DNA from: Macrostomum lignano
Lineage: Eukaryota
Direction: 5' to 3'
NCBI GenBank assembly: GCA_002269645.1
Contig: NIVC01000795.1
Coordinates: 1-64,000 of the forward strand
Length of the DNA: 64,000 nucleotides
The stretch's first letter is position 1; every line of letters starts with the position of its first letter. Positions 37,481 through 50,400 of this stretch are shown in pieces. The notes beneath the pieces were generated by a model. It ran no database searches. It was not told the DNA's origin and saw only the letters and a list, made by a program, of their open reading frames with translations. The translations under genes were made by a program, and so were the position numbers.

Positions 37481-38399
37481 TCGAGACAGAGTAACTGCAG
37501 ACTACACACAACCTGAAATGCGTAGCAGAAGCAGATAGTAAGCGGTAAATTGAGTTTCGACTAAAAAAGCAAATATTTGTTAGTCGTGTCGGGTGTCCCA
37601 AGGAGGCCTGGCAACGAATCGATGTTGCAGCCGCCCCGCTGCCCTTGAAGCAGACAGGAGGCCAGCAGCGGCAGCAGCAGCAGCTATCCGATCTGAATTG
37701 ATCTGGTCGAGTTTCGCGTTTTCCGGCTGCTGAAATTCGAGGCCAAGGGAGGGCGGGACAGATCGGGGGCCGGGCAGCCAGGGCTATGCGTACTTCTGAG
37801 CTGGCCATATCAGCTCTGAGACCAGGGCCTGCGCTCTTAATTAATCATCTCAGAGAGGAGGCCTGTGGAGCTGCCTGGGGATCAGGCTGGGAGATGGGGA
37901 AAAGATTGGGACGAAGAGGTCGCCTGAGAAATTGGCAACTTCACTTTTTTCTGCCCACCGATTTTGAAGGGCAGCAGTGCGGGAATGCGACCGGCTGCCC
38001 AGCTTATCCCAGCTCTCTGCCATTCACTTCTTAACTCATTTTGTGAACCATTTTTTCCCCCGGACTCGGCTGGGAAGTGGCGGATGCCCGGTCTCGGCCT
38101 TTTTATCAGGAGTTTGAGGGGACAGCCCGGGGGAGACGGAGACTGCGGGAAACCGCATTTATCCCGCAGGAAGGGCGGGGTGGCTTCCGCCTCTGCTTGC
38201 TCCAAATAAGCTGATGTAAGGACTTTACTTTCTGCAGGCCCAGGGCTATGCAGCTATGAAGCCATTTTGCCCGCTTCTGCCTTATAAATCAGTTTGCCAT
38301 TTTTCTCTGGTTTCCTTTCAGTTTTTTGCTCTATTGTGCCGCCTCTGGTCCCAGCTGCTTTTCAGCTGCTCGGGTTCTTTGTTGTACCTTTCTGCCTGC

Positions 38400-39790
38400 C
38401 TCCTGTCTCCCTCTGCCACTCATCCCCCTCTCATGCCTCCCTCTGCCACTCTTTCATCCTCCTCTCATGCCTCCCTCTGCCACTCTTTCATCCCCCTCTC
38501 ATGCCTCCCTCTGCCACTCTTTCATCCTCCTCTCATGCCTCCCTCTGCCACTCTTTCATCCTCCTCTCATGCCTCCCTCTGCCACTCTTTCATCCTCCTC
38601 TCATGCCTCCCTCTGCCACTCTTTCATCCTCCTCTCATGCCTCCCTCTGCCACTCTTTCATCCCCCTCTCATGCCTCCCTCTGCCACTCTTTCATCCTCC
38701 TCTCATGCCTCCCTCTGCCACTCTTTCATCCTCCTCTCATGCCTCCCTCTGCCACTCTTTCATCCTCCTCTCATGCCTCCCTCTGCCACTCTTTCATCCT
38801 CCTCTCATGCCTCCCTCTGCCACTCTTTCATCCCCCTCTCATGCCTCCCTCTGCTACTCTTTCATCCTCCTCTCATGCCTCCCTCTGCCACTCTTTCATC
38901 CTCCTCTCATGCCTCCCTCTGCCACTCTTTCATCCTCCTCTCATGCCTCCCTCTGCCACTCTTTCATCCCCCTCTCATGCCTCCCTCTGCCACTCTTTCA
39001 TCCTCCTCTCATGCCTCCCTCTGCCACTCTTTCATCCCCCTCTCATGCCTCCCTCTGCTACTCTTTCATCCTCCTCTCATGCCTCCCTCTGCCACTCTTT
39101 CATCCTGCTCTCATGCCTCCCTCTGCCACTCTTTCATCCTGCTCTCATGCCTCCCTCTGCCACTCTTTCATCCTCCTCTCATGCCTCCCTCTGCCACTCT
39201 TTCATCCTCCTCTCATGCCTCCCTCTGCCACTCTTTCATCCCCCTCTCATGCCTCCCTCTGCCACTCTTTCATCCCCCTCTCATGCCTCCCTCTGCCACT
39301 CTTTCATCCTCCTCTCATGCCTCCCTCTGCCACTCTTTCATCCTCCTCTCATGTCTCCCTCTGCAACTCTTTCATCCCCCTCTCATGCCTCCCTCTGCCT
39401 CCCTCTGCCACTCTTTCATCCCCCTCTCATGCCTCCCTCAGCCTCCCTCTGCCACTCTTTCATCCCCCTCTCATGCCTCCCTCTGCCTCCCTCTGCCACT
39501 CTTTCATCCCCCTCTCATGCCTCCCTCTGCCTCCCTCTGCCACTCTTTCATCCCCCTCTCATGCCTCCCTCTGCTACTCTTTCATCCCCTTCTCATGCCT
39601 CCCTCTGCCTCCCTCTGCCACTCTTTCATCCCCCTCTAATGCCTCCCTCTGCCTCCCTCTGCCACTCTTTCATCCTCCTCTCATGCCTCCCTCTGCCACT
39701 CCTTCATCCTGCTCTCATGCCTCCCTCTGCCACTCTTTCATCCTCCTCTCATGCCTCCCCTGCCTCCCTCTGCCACTCTTTCATCCTCCT
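38400..39790. repeat. 34-bp minisatellite
   Basis: CTCTGCCACTCTTTCATCCTCCTCTCATGCCTCC. Confidence 0.95.
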
Positions 39791-41236
39791 CTCACTGCCT
39801 CTCACTATCCTCCTCTCAGACTCAGCTGCAAGGCGGTCCGAAGACGCATAGGGGAGACGAGCATCGCTCATTCCGCCAATCCCTGAGAGGCCGCATAGGC
39901 TAGGGCGAGGGGCCGGTCAGATAGGAAGGCGGAGACTCGTTTGGTGGCCCGGAGGAACCGGATGTTCTCGGGCCGGCAAGCGTCGTCCGGTTGGGCCCGA
40001 GGTAGTGGAGCCGGTCTCGGTTGAAGGCCGGCTTGCCTCCTGCCAGCTACCTTCCCCGGTAAGGTAGGTAACTTCCTGCAAGTTTTCATCATTCTCTTGC
40101 AGTCTCCAACTGCAGCATATCGATTTGCCTGCATCGATAAAAGGGACGTAGCGTGCGGAGCTGCTTATACCGCACTACTGAACTGATCAGGACAAAAGCA
40201 GTTGAAGAAAGTTGCTGCAGCTGGGCGGCAGTGAAAGTCAGCGGCAAGAGAGGAGTAGGGAGAGAAACGAGAGGCATGATAACGCATTGGGAATGGGATA
40301 TCGCTGCTGTGGGATAAACAATGAGGATGAGTCGGTTTCCTCCCCTCACCGAGCAGAGCTCTCCTGAGCTCTCACGGGGGGGAGGCGCGGGAAAGACGCC
40401 GGCTCAATGGCTGGGAGCGAAGAGACGGGAGATAGAGACTGGGATAGGCGAAGGAGCAGCAAGGATTTGGCCACCCCCCGCCGAGACGCCACCCCAGCCT
40501 CCGCTCACGGCTATTAAGGAAGGGGATGAAGAGACAGCTCAGCCTCAGCTCTTCCCTCGCTTCTGCGTTCCCCCGCTCTCAACCTCCTTCTGTAGCTGCT
40601 CCGCGTTTCCTTCGGCTTCATCTTGCACCCCCTACCCAGCTGCGGGCGGCTCCGAACACGCGGAGGCTGGGCGGCTGCGCGATTCACCGTTTGACCCGCC
40701 CGGCTGGCTGGGAGGACGCGGCCGCGAGTCGGATTTCGGCTACAAGGATTTGTGAGGGAGGTGGGCGATACCGGCTCGTTAGCAACTGAGGCTGCCTTTC
40801 CCTCTTTCCAAGCCCCGGAAGCCTCAAAGGGAGTTGCTGGGATTTAGCCTTCCCTTGCCTCATCACCGGCTGCATTCTTCCCTGCTAGATTAGCGGACAG
40901 GCAAGAGGCCAGCTCGATATTCGACTGACGCCAGCTGCAACAAATTAAAGGTGAGTTCTGTGTTTTAGAAGCTTTTTCCAGCATTTTGCCAAGTATGAGT
41001 AGAGCCTCTAGTAGAGCTCTTGATGTGCACGAGTGCTTAGCAGGATTCACAGGAGTGCTAGGAGCGGCTATTCCGTTAGAAGACGTACTAGAAATGCAAA
41101 TAAGCAATACTGGTGACAGAAGACTAGAAGAGCCAGATGCTGGAGTGCTAGAGTGACCGGAGATATCTAAGGACGGCAGTAGCACCGATAATGTCAACAT
41201 GAAGGGGTTTCGCCTTCGCCCTCGCTCAGAAATCAA

Positions 41237-41698
41237 ATGGTGCAGCTTTTCTACTACGAGAACGTCGGCGCCAAGTGCAAGAAGCTGATTGGCTACGAGG
41301 GCGGCGCGCCAATCAGAGTGACGCTGCACCAGGAGGAGGGCCTCGGCTGCCCGGCGCTCAGCTGTCATTGGCTGGTCGAATTCCCCTGCTTCTTCACCGG
41401 CCGCCTGTGCCGCGTCACGGAGTTCAACGGAGGCAGGCGGCGCCGCCGCGGCTGGGCCACCGTCAGCCACTCCAGCGACGGCTTCATGGCCGTGCTGGGC
41501 CGCTTTCCCAAGCCGAAGGAGCCGCAGCCGCCTGAGCAGAGGAAGCAGCGCGACTTCTTCCTCTGCCTGACAACTCGGGTCACCGACGCGGACTTTCGAC
41601 AGGGCTACAGCATGACGGGCTGGCTGGAGGCCGGCTGCCGCAAGAGGCGCCAGTGGCTCGTGACTCACGCTGCCGTGGTGCGGCGCTTGGGATACTGA
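41237..41698 (+). CDS. Coding exon of an unidentified protein; 3' end uncertain
   Basis: Strong G/C bias at third codon positions in this frame, globular composition (QLFYYENVGAKCKKLIGYEGG...GYSMTGWLEAG), acceptor CTCAG at 41229 and an upstream donor AAG/GTGAGT at about 40951. Confidence 0.65.
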   Translation: MVQLFYYENVGAKCKKLIGYEGGAPIRVTLHQEEGLGCPALSCHWLVEFPCFFTGRLCRVTEFNGGRRRRRGWATVSHSSDGFMAVLGRFPKPKEPQPPEQRKQRDFFLCLTTRVTDADFRQGYSMTGWLEAGCRKRRQWLVTHAAVVRRLGY

Positions 41699-42015
41699 AT
41701 ATCGGGATGCTGAGCTGTGGGATGCTGAATAGACGGATGCGAGCTGTGGGATACTGAATAGCGGGATGCTGAATAGCGGGATGCTGAGCTGTGGGATGCT
41801 GAATAGCGGGATGCTGAGCTGTGGGATGCTGAATAGCGGGATGCTGAGCTGTGGGATGCTGAATAGCGGGATGCTGAGTTGTGGGATACTGAATAGCAGG
41901 ATGCTGAGTTGTGGGATGCTGAATAGCGGGATGCTGAGCTGTGGGATGCTGAGCTGTGAGATGCTGAATAGCGGGATGCTGAGCTGTGGGATGCTGAGCC
42001 GTGGGATGCTTAGCT
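41690..42015. repeat. 15/30-bp minisatellite
   Basis: GGGATGCTGAGCTGT alternating with GGGATGCTGAATAGC. Confidence 0.9.
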
Positions 42016-42814
42016 GCATCCCATGCTGCACCGTGTTCTCCCTTGAGACCCCCACCGAGTCACTCAAGCGAGGCCTCTACTCACCACAGACACTGCCCCA
42101 ATCGTGAAAATTACCGATCGCCATGTACAGTGCATTCTCCCCAGCCCAGTCACTGCCCCAGCTTGCACCGCAGTTTCGAACATTCGATATTACAGGAAAT
42201 CAGGCGGCCTACATTTCGCAACTGATCGCCGAGACTTTCGAATTCTGTAGGCTCGCCTTAACAGGAATTTCCTATTCAAATTTGTTGCCAACACATTTTA
42301 TAATTGTCACTGATACCCGCACTATACTACTTGTTGACCAGCGGTACAGCTGCAAGTAGTATTCTTCGCGCTAATACAATCTTCAATTGCCATTATATTA
42401 CTCATTGTCATTGAGGCACAAGTTCTCGTACAAATATAAAATAATAAATTGCCGAATATGAATTTCAAATCTGTTATCCGATTGGTTCAGAGGGTACTTT
42501 TACACATTACTGTACAGACAGGGGCAGGAAACAGCCCCTGCTTATTAGCAGCAAATGCAGCCAAATTGTATTAAACTCTACATACCAACAACTGGCCAGA
42601 GCTATCATAGCATCTCAATACAACAGTAACAGTATTGCTCAAAACTGCAATTGACAACAAACTGAGCATCAAAATGCACTCAAGTAAAAATAGGAGCGGT
42701 CAGGCATTGAAAACACGCTAAGGAATTTTTGTTCAGGGTAAGTAGAAATCTATAGAAACTAATAGAGCCAACTGCACTCACTGCTGCTGGTAGTTAATAC
42801 GGAAAGGTGGAGAC

Positions 42815-44518
42815 AGACGGGCAGACACGCGGGCGGACAGACAGACAGACACTGGCAGACAGACAGACAGACACGGACAGACAGACAGACAGACACTGGC
42901 AGACAGACAGACAGACACTGGCAGACAGACAGACAGACACTGGCAGACAGACACGGGCAGACAGACAGACAGACACGGGCAGGCAGACACGGGTAGAGAC
43001 AGACAGACAGACACGGGCAGGCAGACACGGGCAGGCAGACACGGGCAGGCAGACACGGGTAGAGACAGACAGACAGACACGGGCAGGCAGACACAGGCAG
43101 GCAGACACGGGCAGGCAGACACGGGCAGGCAGACACGGGCAGGCAGACACGGGTAGAGACAGACAGACAGACACGGGCAGGCAGACACAGGCAGGCAGAC
43201 ACGGGTAGAGACAGACAGACAGACACGGGCAGGCAGACACGGGCAGGCAGACACGGGCAGGCAGACACGGGTAGAGACAGACAGACAGACACGGGCAGGC
43301 AGACACGGGCAGGCAGACACAGGCAGGCAGACACGGGCAGGCAGACACGGGCAGGCAGACACGGGCAGGCAGACACGGGTAGAGACAGACAGACAGACAC
43401 GGGCAGGCAGACACAGGCAGGCAGACACGGGCAGAGACAGACAGACAGACACGGGCAGGCAGACACGGGTAGAGACAGACAGACAGACACGGGCAGGCAG
43501 ACACGGGCAGGCAGACACGGGCAGGCAGACACGGGTAGAGACAGACAGACAGACACGGGCAGGCAGACACGGGCAGGCAGACACAGGCAGGCAGACACGG
43601 GCAGGCAGACACGGGCAGGCAGACACAGGCAGGCAGACACGGGCAGGCAGACACGGGCAGGCAGACACGGGCAGGCAGACACGGGCAGGCAGACACGGGC
43701 AGGCAGACACGGGCAGGCAGACACGGGTAGAGACAGACAGACAGACACGGGCAGGCAGACACAGGCAGGCAGACACGGGCAGGCAGACACGGGCAGGCAG
43801 ACACGGGCAGGCAGACACGGGCAGGCAGACACGGGTAGAGACAGACAGACAGACACGGGCAGGCAGACACGGGCAGGCAGACACGGGCAGGCAGACACGG
43901 GCAGGCAGACACGGGTAGAGACAGACAGACAGACACGGGCAGGCAGACACAGGCAGGCAGACACAGGCAGACAGACACGGGCAGGCAGACACAGGCAGGC
44001 AGACACGGGCAGGCAGACACGGGCAGGCAGACACAGGCAGGCAGACACGGGCAGGCAGACACGGGCAGGCAGACACGGGCAGGCAGACACGGGCAGGCAG
44101 ACACAGGCAGGCAGACACGGGTAGAGACAGACAGACAGACACGGGCAGGCAGACACGGGTAGAGACAGACAGACAGACACGGGCAGGCAGACACAGGCAG
44201 GCAGACACGGGCAGGCAGACACGGGCAGGCAGACACGGGCAGGCAGACACGGGTAGAGACAGACAGACAGACACGGGCAGGCAGACACAGGCAGGCAGAC
44301 ACGGGTAGAGACAGACAGACAGACACGGGCAGGCAGACACGGGTAGAGACAGACAGACAGACACGGGCAGGCAGACACGGGCAGGCAGACACGGGTAGAG
44401 ACAGACAGACAGACACGGGCAGGCAGACACGGGCAGGCAGACACGGGCAGGCAGACACGGGTAGAGACAGACAGACAGACACGGGCAGGCAGACACGGGC
44501 AGGCAGACACGGGCAGGC
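42815..44518. repeat. 14-bp minisatellite mixed with (CAGA)n
   Basis: GCAGGCAGACACGG. Confidence 0.97.
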
Positions 44519-44523
44519 CAGTC

Positions 44524-47500
44524 CTATCTGTAAGCTGCCAGGTCCCTCTCCCAAGGCGCCGATCTGCTGGACAGCAGCGGCTTCAGGCACTGCAGGGCGA
44601 TCCGCCTGGCCTCTTCGGGCGAAGCGTCTCGCGGCAGTCGCTGCGCCATGTCAGAGGCGGCGTCGACGCAGCGGCGGAAGCTGGTAGCGGCGTGACAGTA
44701 GCGGCCGCCAGCGTGGCATTCGCAGACGAAGGGCGCCGCGTCCATCGTCAAGGTATCGCCAGCGACGGAGCCGGCGGAGGATTCGCCGAGCCGGGTCCAG
44801 ATGACGCAGTTGTGCACCGGCAGCCAGAGCGGCCCAAGGGTCGCGTGCTGCGGCATAGCGGCGAAGCGGCAGAGCAGCTGCTGGGAGCTGGACTTGCTGA
44901 TGCCCTCGGCGGTGACGAGGCCCAGCGACTTGGCGCAGTCCTCGTGCCGGTCGAACCGGGCGATGGCCAAAACGTTGACCAATTTGCGGCTGGAGAGGAG
45001 AGCGGCTTCAATCAGGAATAAAAGCTGGGGATTTCTAAATAAGTCAGGAATCTTCCCCATCCCGAGTTCGAGTCCAGAATCTTCCCCATTTTGATCTCAG
45101 AGTCCAGAATCTTCCCCACTCAGAGCCAATGCAAATCCAGATCTCCGAGTTCAGAATCTTCCCCATCCCGATCTCCGAGTCCAGAATCTTCCCCACTCAG
45201 AGCAAATGCAAATCCAGATCTCGATTGAGCATGCCAAACTGTAAGTGAAAAGCTATAAAACTGACCCTCAAATGTCATTTCCTAAAAACTCACCCATTGG
45301 ACAGATGCCTGCTACTGTGCCCCACAGTTTCACCCGGCAGATGAAAGCTCCGCGCCAGGGGCAGCAGACTCCGCAGTTGCTTTAAGGCGACTTCCTGTGT
45401 GCAGGGCAGTGCCAGGGCAAAGTCGGCCAGCACGAGGAACTGGCTCCTGCTGGACAGGCCGTCGCCGAACCCCAGCGGCAGCCAGTCCGGCCGGTCGCGG
45501 CGGCTGGAAGTTGAAATTTCGAGCTTTCGATCGCACAGCAGCTGAACTTCCGGTTGTTGAGCGGCGCAGAGCAGGGCGGATTGGGCAGCCTCGGCGGGCA
45601 GGCCGGAGCTCTCAGTCAGCAGGGCGGCCCGGCAGTTCGGGTCTTTGGGCAGGTTGGACTTCGGCACCCCGGCAAAGCTTCTGTCCGACATTGAGCAGTC
45701 AGAGTAGCTGATCACCTGAAACCGGCGGGTGGCCGTGACTGTGTCAGCTCTCTCTGGCTTTGCAATGGCAGGCCTGTGTCAGCTCTCACTGGCTTTGCAA
45801 TGGCAGGCCTGTGTCAGCTCTCACTGGCTTTGCAATGGCAGGCCTGTGTCAGCTCTCTCTGGCTTTGCAATGGCAGGCCTGTGTCAGCTCTCTCTAGCTT
45901 TGCAATGGCAGGCCTGTGTCAGCTCTCACTGGCTTTGCAATGGCAGGCCTGTGTCAGCTCTCACTGGCTTTGCAATGACAGGCCTGTGTCAGCTCTCATT
46001 GGCTTTGCAATGGCAGGCCTGTGTCAGCAGCGAACACACAGTCAGTAGCAGGGAACACACAGTCAGCAGCAGGGAACACAGTCAGCAGCAGGGAACACAG
46101 TCAGCAGCAGGAAACACACATTCAGCAGCAGGTAACACAGTCAGCAGCAGGGAACACACAGTCAGCAGCAGGGAACACACAGTCAGCAGCAGGGAACACA
46201 CAGTCAGCAGCAGGGAACACAGTCAGCAGCAGGGAACACAGTCAGCAGCAGGGAACACACAGTCAGCAGCAGGGAACACACAGTCAGCAGCAGGGAACAC
46301 AGTCAGCAGCAGGGAACACAGTCAGCAGCAGGGAACACAGTCAGCAGCAGGGAACACACAGTCAGCAGCAGGGAACACACAGTCAGCAGCAGGGAACACA
46401 CAGTCAGCAGCAGGGAACACAGTCAGCAGCAGGGAACACATTCAGCAGCAGGGAACACAGTCAGCAGCAGGGAACACAGTCAGCAGCAGGGAACACATTC
46501 AGCAGCAGGGAACACAGTCAGCAGCAGGGAACACACAGTCAGCAGCAGGGAACACAGTCAGCAGCAGGGAACACATTCAGCAGCAGGGAACACAGTCAGC
46601 AGCAGGCAACACAGTCAGCAGCAGGCAACACAGTCAGCAGCAGGCAACACAGTCAGCAGCAGGGAACACAGTCAGCAGCAGGGAACACAGTCAGCAGCAG
46701 GGAACACACAGTCAGTAGCAGGGAACACACAGTCAGCAGCAGGGAACACAGTCAGCAGCAGGGAACACAGTCAGCAGCAGGGAACACAGTCAGCAGCAGG
46801 AAACACACAGTCAGCAGCAGGGAACACACAGTCAGCAGCAGGGAACACAGTCAGCAGCAGGGAACACAGTCAGCAGCAGGGAACACACAGTCAGTAGCAG
46901 GGAACACACAGTCAGCAGCAGGGAACACACAGTCAGCAGCAGGGAACACAGTCAGCAGCAGGGAACACAGTCAGCAGCAGGGAACACAGTCAGCAGCAGG
47001 GAACACACAGTCAGCAGCAGGGAACACACAGTCAGCAGCAGGGAACACACAGTCAGCAGCAGGGAACACAGTCAGCAGCAGGGAACACATTCAGCAGCAG
47101 GGAACACAGTCAGCAGCAGGGAACACAGTCAGCAGCAGGGAACACACAGTCAGCAGCAGGGAACACAGTCAGCAGCAGGGAACACACAGTCAGCAGCAGG
47201 GAACACAGTCAGCAGCAGGGAACACACAGTCAGCAGCAGGGAACACAGTCAGCGGCAAAGCCAGACCTGATCAAACTGGAAAGAAACGCGGCGCCGCAAG
47301 GCCAGCTCGATGTCGTCAGCTCTGGCCGTCAGCTTGAAGCCGGTGAGACGCCAGACCCGCGGCAGGCTGTCCGATCCGACCACGCTAAAGCCGCAGGTCA
47401 CTCGCGAGTCCCGACGACGCCGCTTCTCGGCTGGGCCACCGCTGCCCGAGGCCCCGTCGGCAGCAGCAGGCGCCTGGCCGTTTCGGATCTCTGGGTCGTC

Positions 47501-48882
47501 TGCCGCATCGTCTGCGTCGTTGTAGAAGCTGTCGGTGCTGTTGATGGCAGCTTCGCTGGACTCGTCTGTCAGTGCGAAGGGACAGCAGTGTGAGCTGAGT
47601 GACAGCAGTGTGAGCTGAGTGACAGCAGTGTAAGCTGACTGACAACAGTGTGAGCTGAGTGACAGCAGTGTGAGCTGAGTGACGGCAGTGTGAGCTGAGT
47701 GACAGCAGTGTGAGCTGAGTGACAGCAGTTTGAGCGGAGTGACAGCAGTGTGAGCTGACTGACAACAGTGTGAGCAGAGTGACAGCAGTGTGAGCTGACT
47801 GACAACTGTGTGAGCTGAGTGACGGCAGTGTGAGCTGACTGACAACTGTGTGAGCAGAGTGACAGCAGTGTGAGCTGACTGACAACAGTGTGAGCTGAGT
47901 GACAGTAGTGTGAGCTGAGTGACAGCAGTGTGAGCTGACTGACAACAGTGTGAGCTGAGTGACAGCAGTGTGAGCTGAGTGACAGCAGTGTAAGCTGAGT
48001 GGCGGAGGGGCAGTGTAATGAAGAAGGCAGCCGCTCACCAAACTCGATCTCCTCTGGCACAGTCATGTCGCAGAAGACGCCAAGGCTGAGGCCTGCGGGC
48101 CCGGCAGCGGCGGAGGCGGCCGCAGCGGCCAAGCTGGGCGGGTCCAGGTCCAGGCGCTGGCCGGGGTTGCGGCCGAGCCGGACGGGAGGGCCGGCCTCCA
48201 GCCAGAGGAAGTTGAGCAGCGGTTCCGCTGAGCCGCTAAAGCCGTTGCTGGCTTTGATGGCGCCGACTGCGGCGTCAAACGCCAGGCGCGTGGCGGCGCG
48301 CGGCGGCTGGCGCTCGAGCGGCACAAGAGCGCAGCAGCTCGCCGTGCTGCCGAGGAAGACGGGCTTCTTGGCCTCGGGGCCCAGGTCGGACACCAGTCTG
48401 GTAAGATCCTTAATGGAGCAGTGCAGGCTGTGCACAAGCAGGAATGGCGCCGGCTCAAGAGAGGCGGCAGCCGCCGCGGAGGCTGCGAAGACGTCATCGT
48501 TAGACAACTGAATGTAGAGCGGCTTCATCCAGCCGCCAGACTGCTCAACCGCATTGTTAACAGAGTTGAGCATGCTCATCCACTGCTGCTCAGACAGGAG
48601 GCCGGCCTGCAGGCACCAGGCGCCAGCAGCCTTGTCCAGCAGGGTCCGGCCAATGATGTACTTGTTCCACCTGCGCAGCGAATCCCCAGACTGGACGCCG
48701 CAAGTCAGCAGCAGGTCGGAGCGGGCGAAGCCGACACCAGCTGTGAGCAGCTGCAAGGTGTGCTCCTGGTCGGTGAGGTGGGTGGCCAATTTGGAGCCTT
48801 TGCTGGTGCCGCAGTTGCACAGGCTGCACCACCAGCGCTGCCGATTGGGTGGCGGCTGCTCGCTGCTGGAGCCAGCAAATGC
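44524..48882 (-). CDS. Protein with an N-terminal U1/matrin-type zinc finger and degenerate RRM-like segments; exons 48882-48039, 47565-47267, 45715-45334, 45005-44524
   Basis: WWCSLCNCG....LATHLTDQEH; AIARFDRHEDCAKSL resembles RNP1/helix 2. GT-AG introns with matching phases (1,0,1); the exons sum to 2007 nt (669 codons including stop). No ATG at the first acceptor. The gene call is stronger than the domain call. Confidence 0.7.
45741..47252. repeat. Intronic minisatellites: 35-bp (45741-46025) and 19-21-bp CAGTCAGCAGCAGGGAACA (46030-47252)
   Basis: Direct inspection. Confidence 0.95.
47580..48000. repeat. 20-bp intronic minisatellite
   Basis: GACAGCAGTGTGAGCTGAGT. Confidence 0.95.
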
Positions 48883-49929
48883 CTGAGATATTTGGGTTGA
48901 CTCGATTGAGCAGAAGTTCTACAGTAGAATACTCAATAGTCTTTAAAATCTATATGAAATTTAATAGGAAATTCAAAAACTATACTTTCTGAGAATTTCT
49001 AGTCCAATAAAATCCACAAGGCCTTGTAAAATGCATACTTTCTTGCTTTCCACAGTTTTTAAATGAATAAATTTTTAAAAGTATAAAATTGTACCAAACA
49101 TAACAAGCCCTGCTTGTCTTTGCTATATATAGATACTTATTTATCTATATGAAATAGGCCTTATTTAAAAATGCTTTCTTAGAAAGTATTGTATTAAAAA
49201 TATGCTAATTCGTTTAAACATTATAATATTAGGAATATTATAAATATTGTAAAATTTTCTTGGTTTAAATCACAGCAAGGAAAGCCGATCAAAACATGAG
49301 TAGCCAGTAGAAGAGGAGTCAACTTGTTCTTTTATTTGCTTCTACATTAAAAAGCTTAAGCAATACTTCTGTCTTGGTTATTTAGGAGCATTGAAAGCCC
49401 CAAGATTGGGAGAATTCACTCTATTCTCAGAGAATGAGACCTCTAGATTTAAAATCTAAGAGAAATCGCCTTAGAAGGCAGAATTCCTATCAAAGGGTAA
49501 GGATATCCAGATATAGGATCTGAGAAATTCACCTAATTTGCCATTGTAACAGCTTGGTGCCAGCAATAAGAGTAAACTATAGTAAAGGAAATAGCCTTAT
49601 CATAACTTTAGTGATAGTCTTCAGGATTATTATGGACGCCATTATAAACCTTGGTAACTATTCATTCTGGTGCTTGACTGGGTGCTGCAGACTGCTCTTC
49701 CAACATACATGCGCAACCTCCAAAATTTGGTCAGCCGTGCGAATTAGTTTTTGGCCAAAAATGCGACTTACATGTAAAAAAAATCCTAAAGCAAAATTGA
49801 CACAACTTTGGGTAAACGGCAGGAGTAACTATGACTGTCTTATTGAGGCAAACATACCTGGTGGTCAACATACAAAAGACATTTGTGTTCTGCATGCCAG
49901 ACGACATTGAGGCAGCAATTTAGTGCCAA

Positions 49930-50400
49930 GGCGCTGATGGACAGGTGACTGCATTGTCAGCAGTTTGTCTATCTCGGCAGTCTGGTTCCCAGTGTCTATG
50001 AGGTGCAACATTGCCACGGGCTTGCCTGGGCTGCCTTTTGGTCTGTGAGGGCAGTCCTACAGTCCAAGGCCTTACTTGACCACCAGAGGGTGGCATTGTT
50101 CTAGGCAATGTTGAGACCATCCTGCTATACAATGCTGAGACCTGGACACTGATAGAGTTGCTCAAGCAACAAGTTGATTTGGTGCACACTGGCCTACTAT
50201 ATGCCACCTTCAAGATTGGCTATGAGCAAGTGACCAATGCAGCTTTGTATTACCACACTAGTCTGGGTCTATCCAAGCAAACTGCTGCACCATCAGCAAC
50301 TCCAGCTGGTAGTCCACATCATCTGTGCCAAGTTATACTACCCAGAACCAATATAGAAGATGCTATTGCTAATGTTGCAGGCACCTTATCAACAGAGGCA
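49930..50400 (+). pseudogene. Decayed RTE-clade LINE fragment
   Basis: Frameshifted GADGQ, FVYLGSLVPS, GLAWAAFWS and VETILLYNAETWTL; same family region as 20884-21110. Confidence 0.7.

Noticed and set aside
40844-42067. 407-aa minus-strand ORF
   Set aside because: It is part minisatellite and part antisense mirror of the GC3-biased + strand exon at 41237.
32436-47337. 200-620-aa ORFs with periodic sequence (35001-36973, 38256-39886, 42759-44590, 46021-47337 and others)
   Set aside because: They are stop-free minisatellite translations in multiple frames, not genes.
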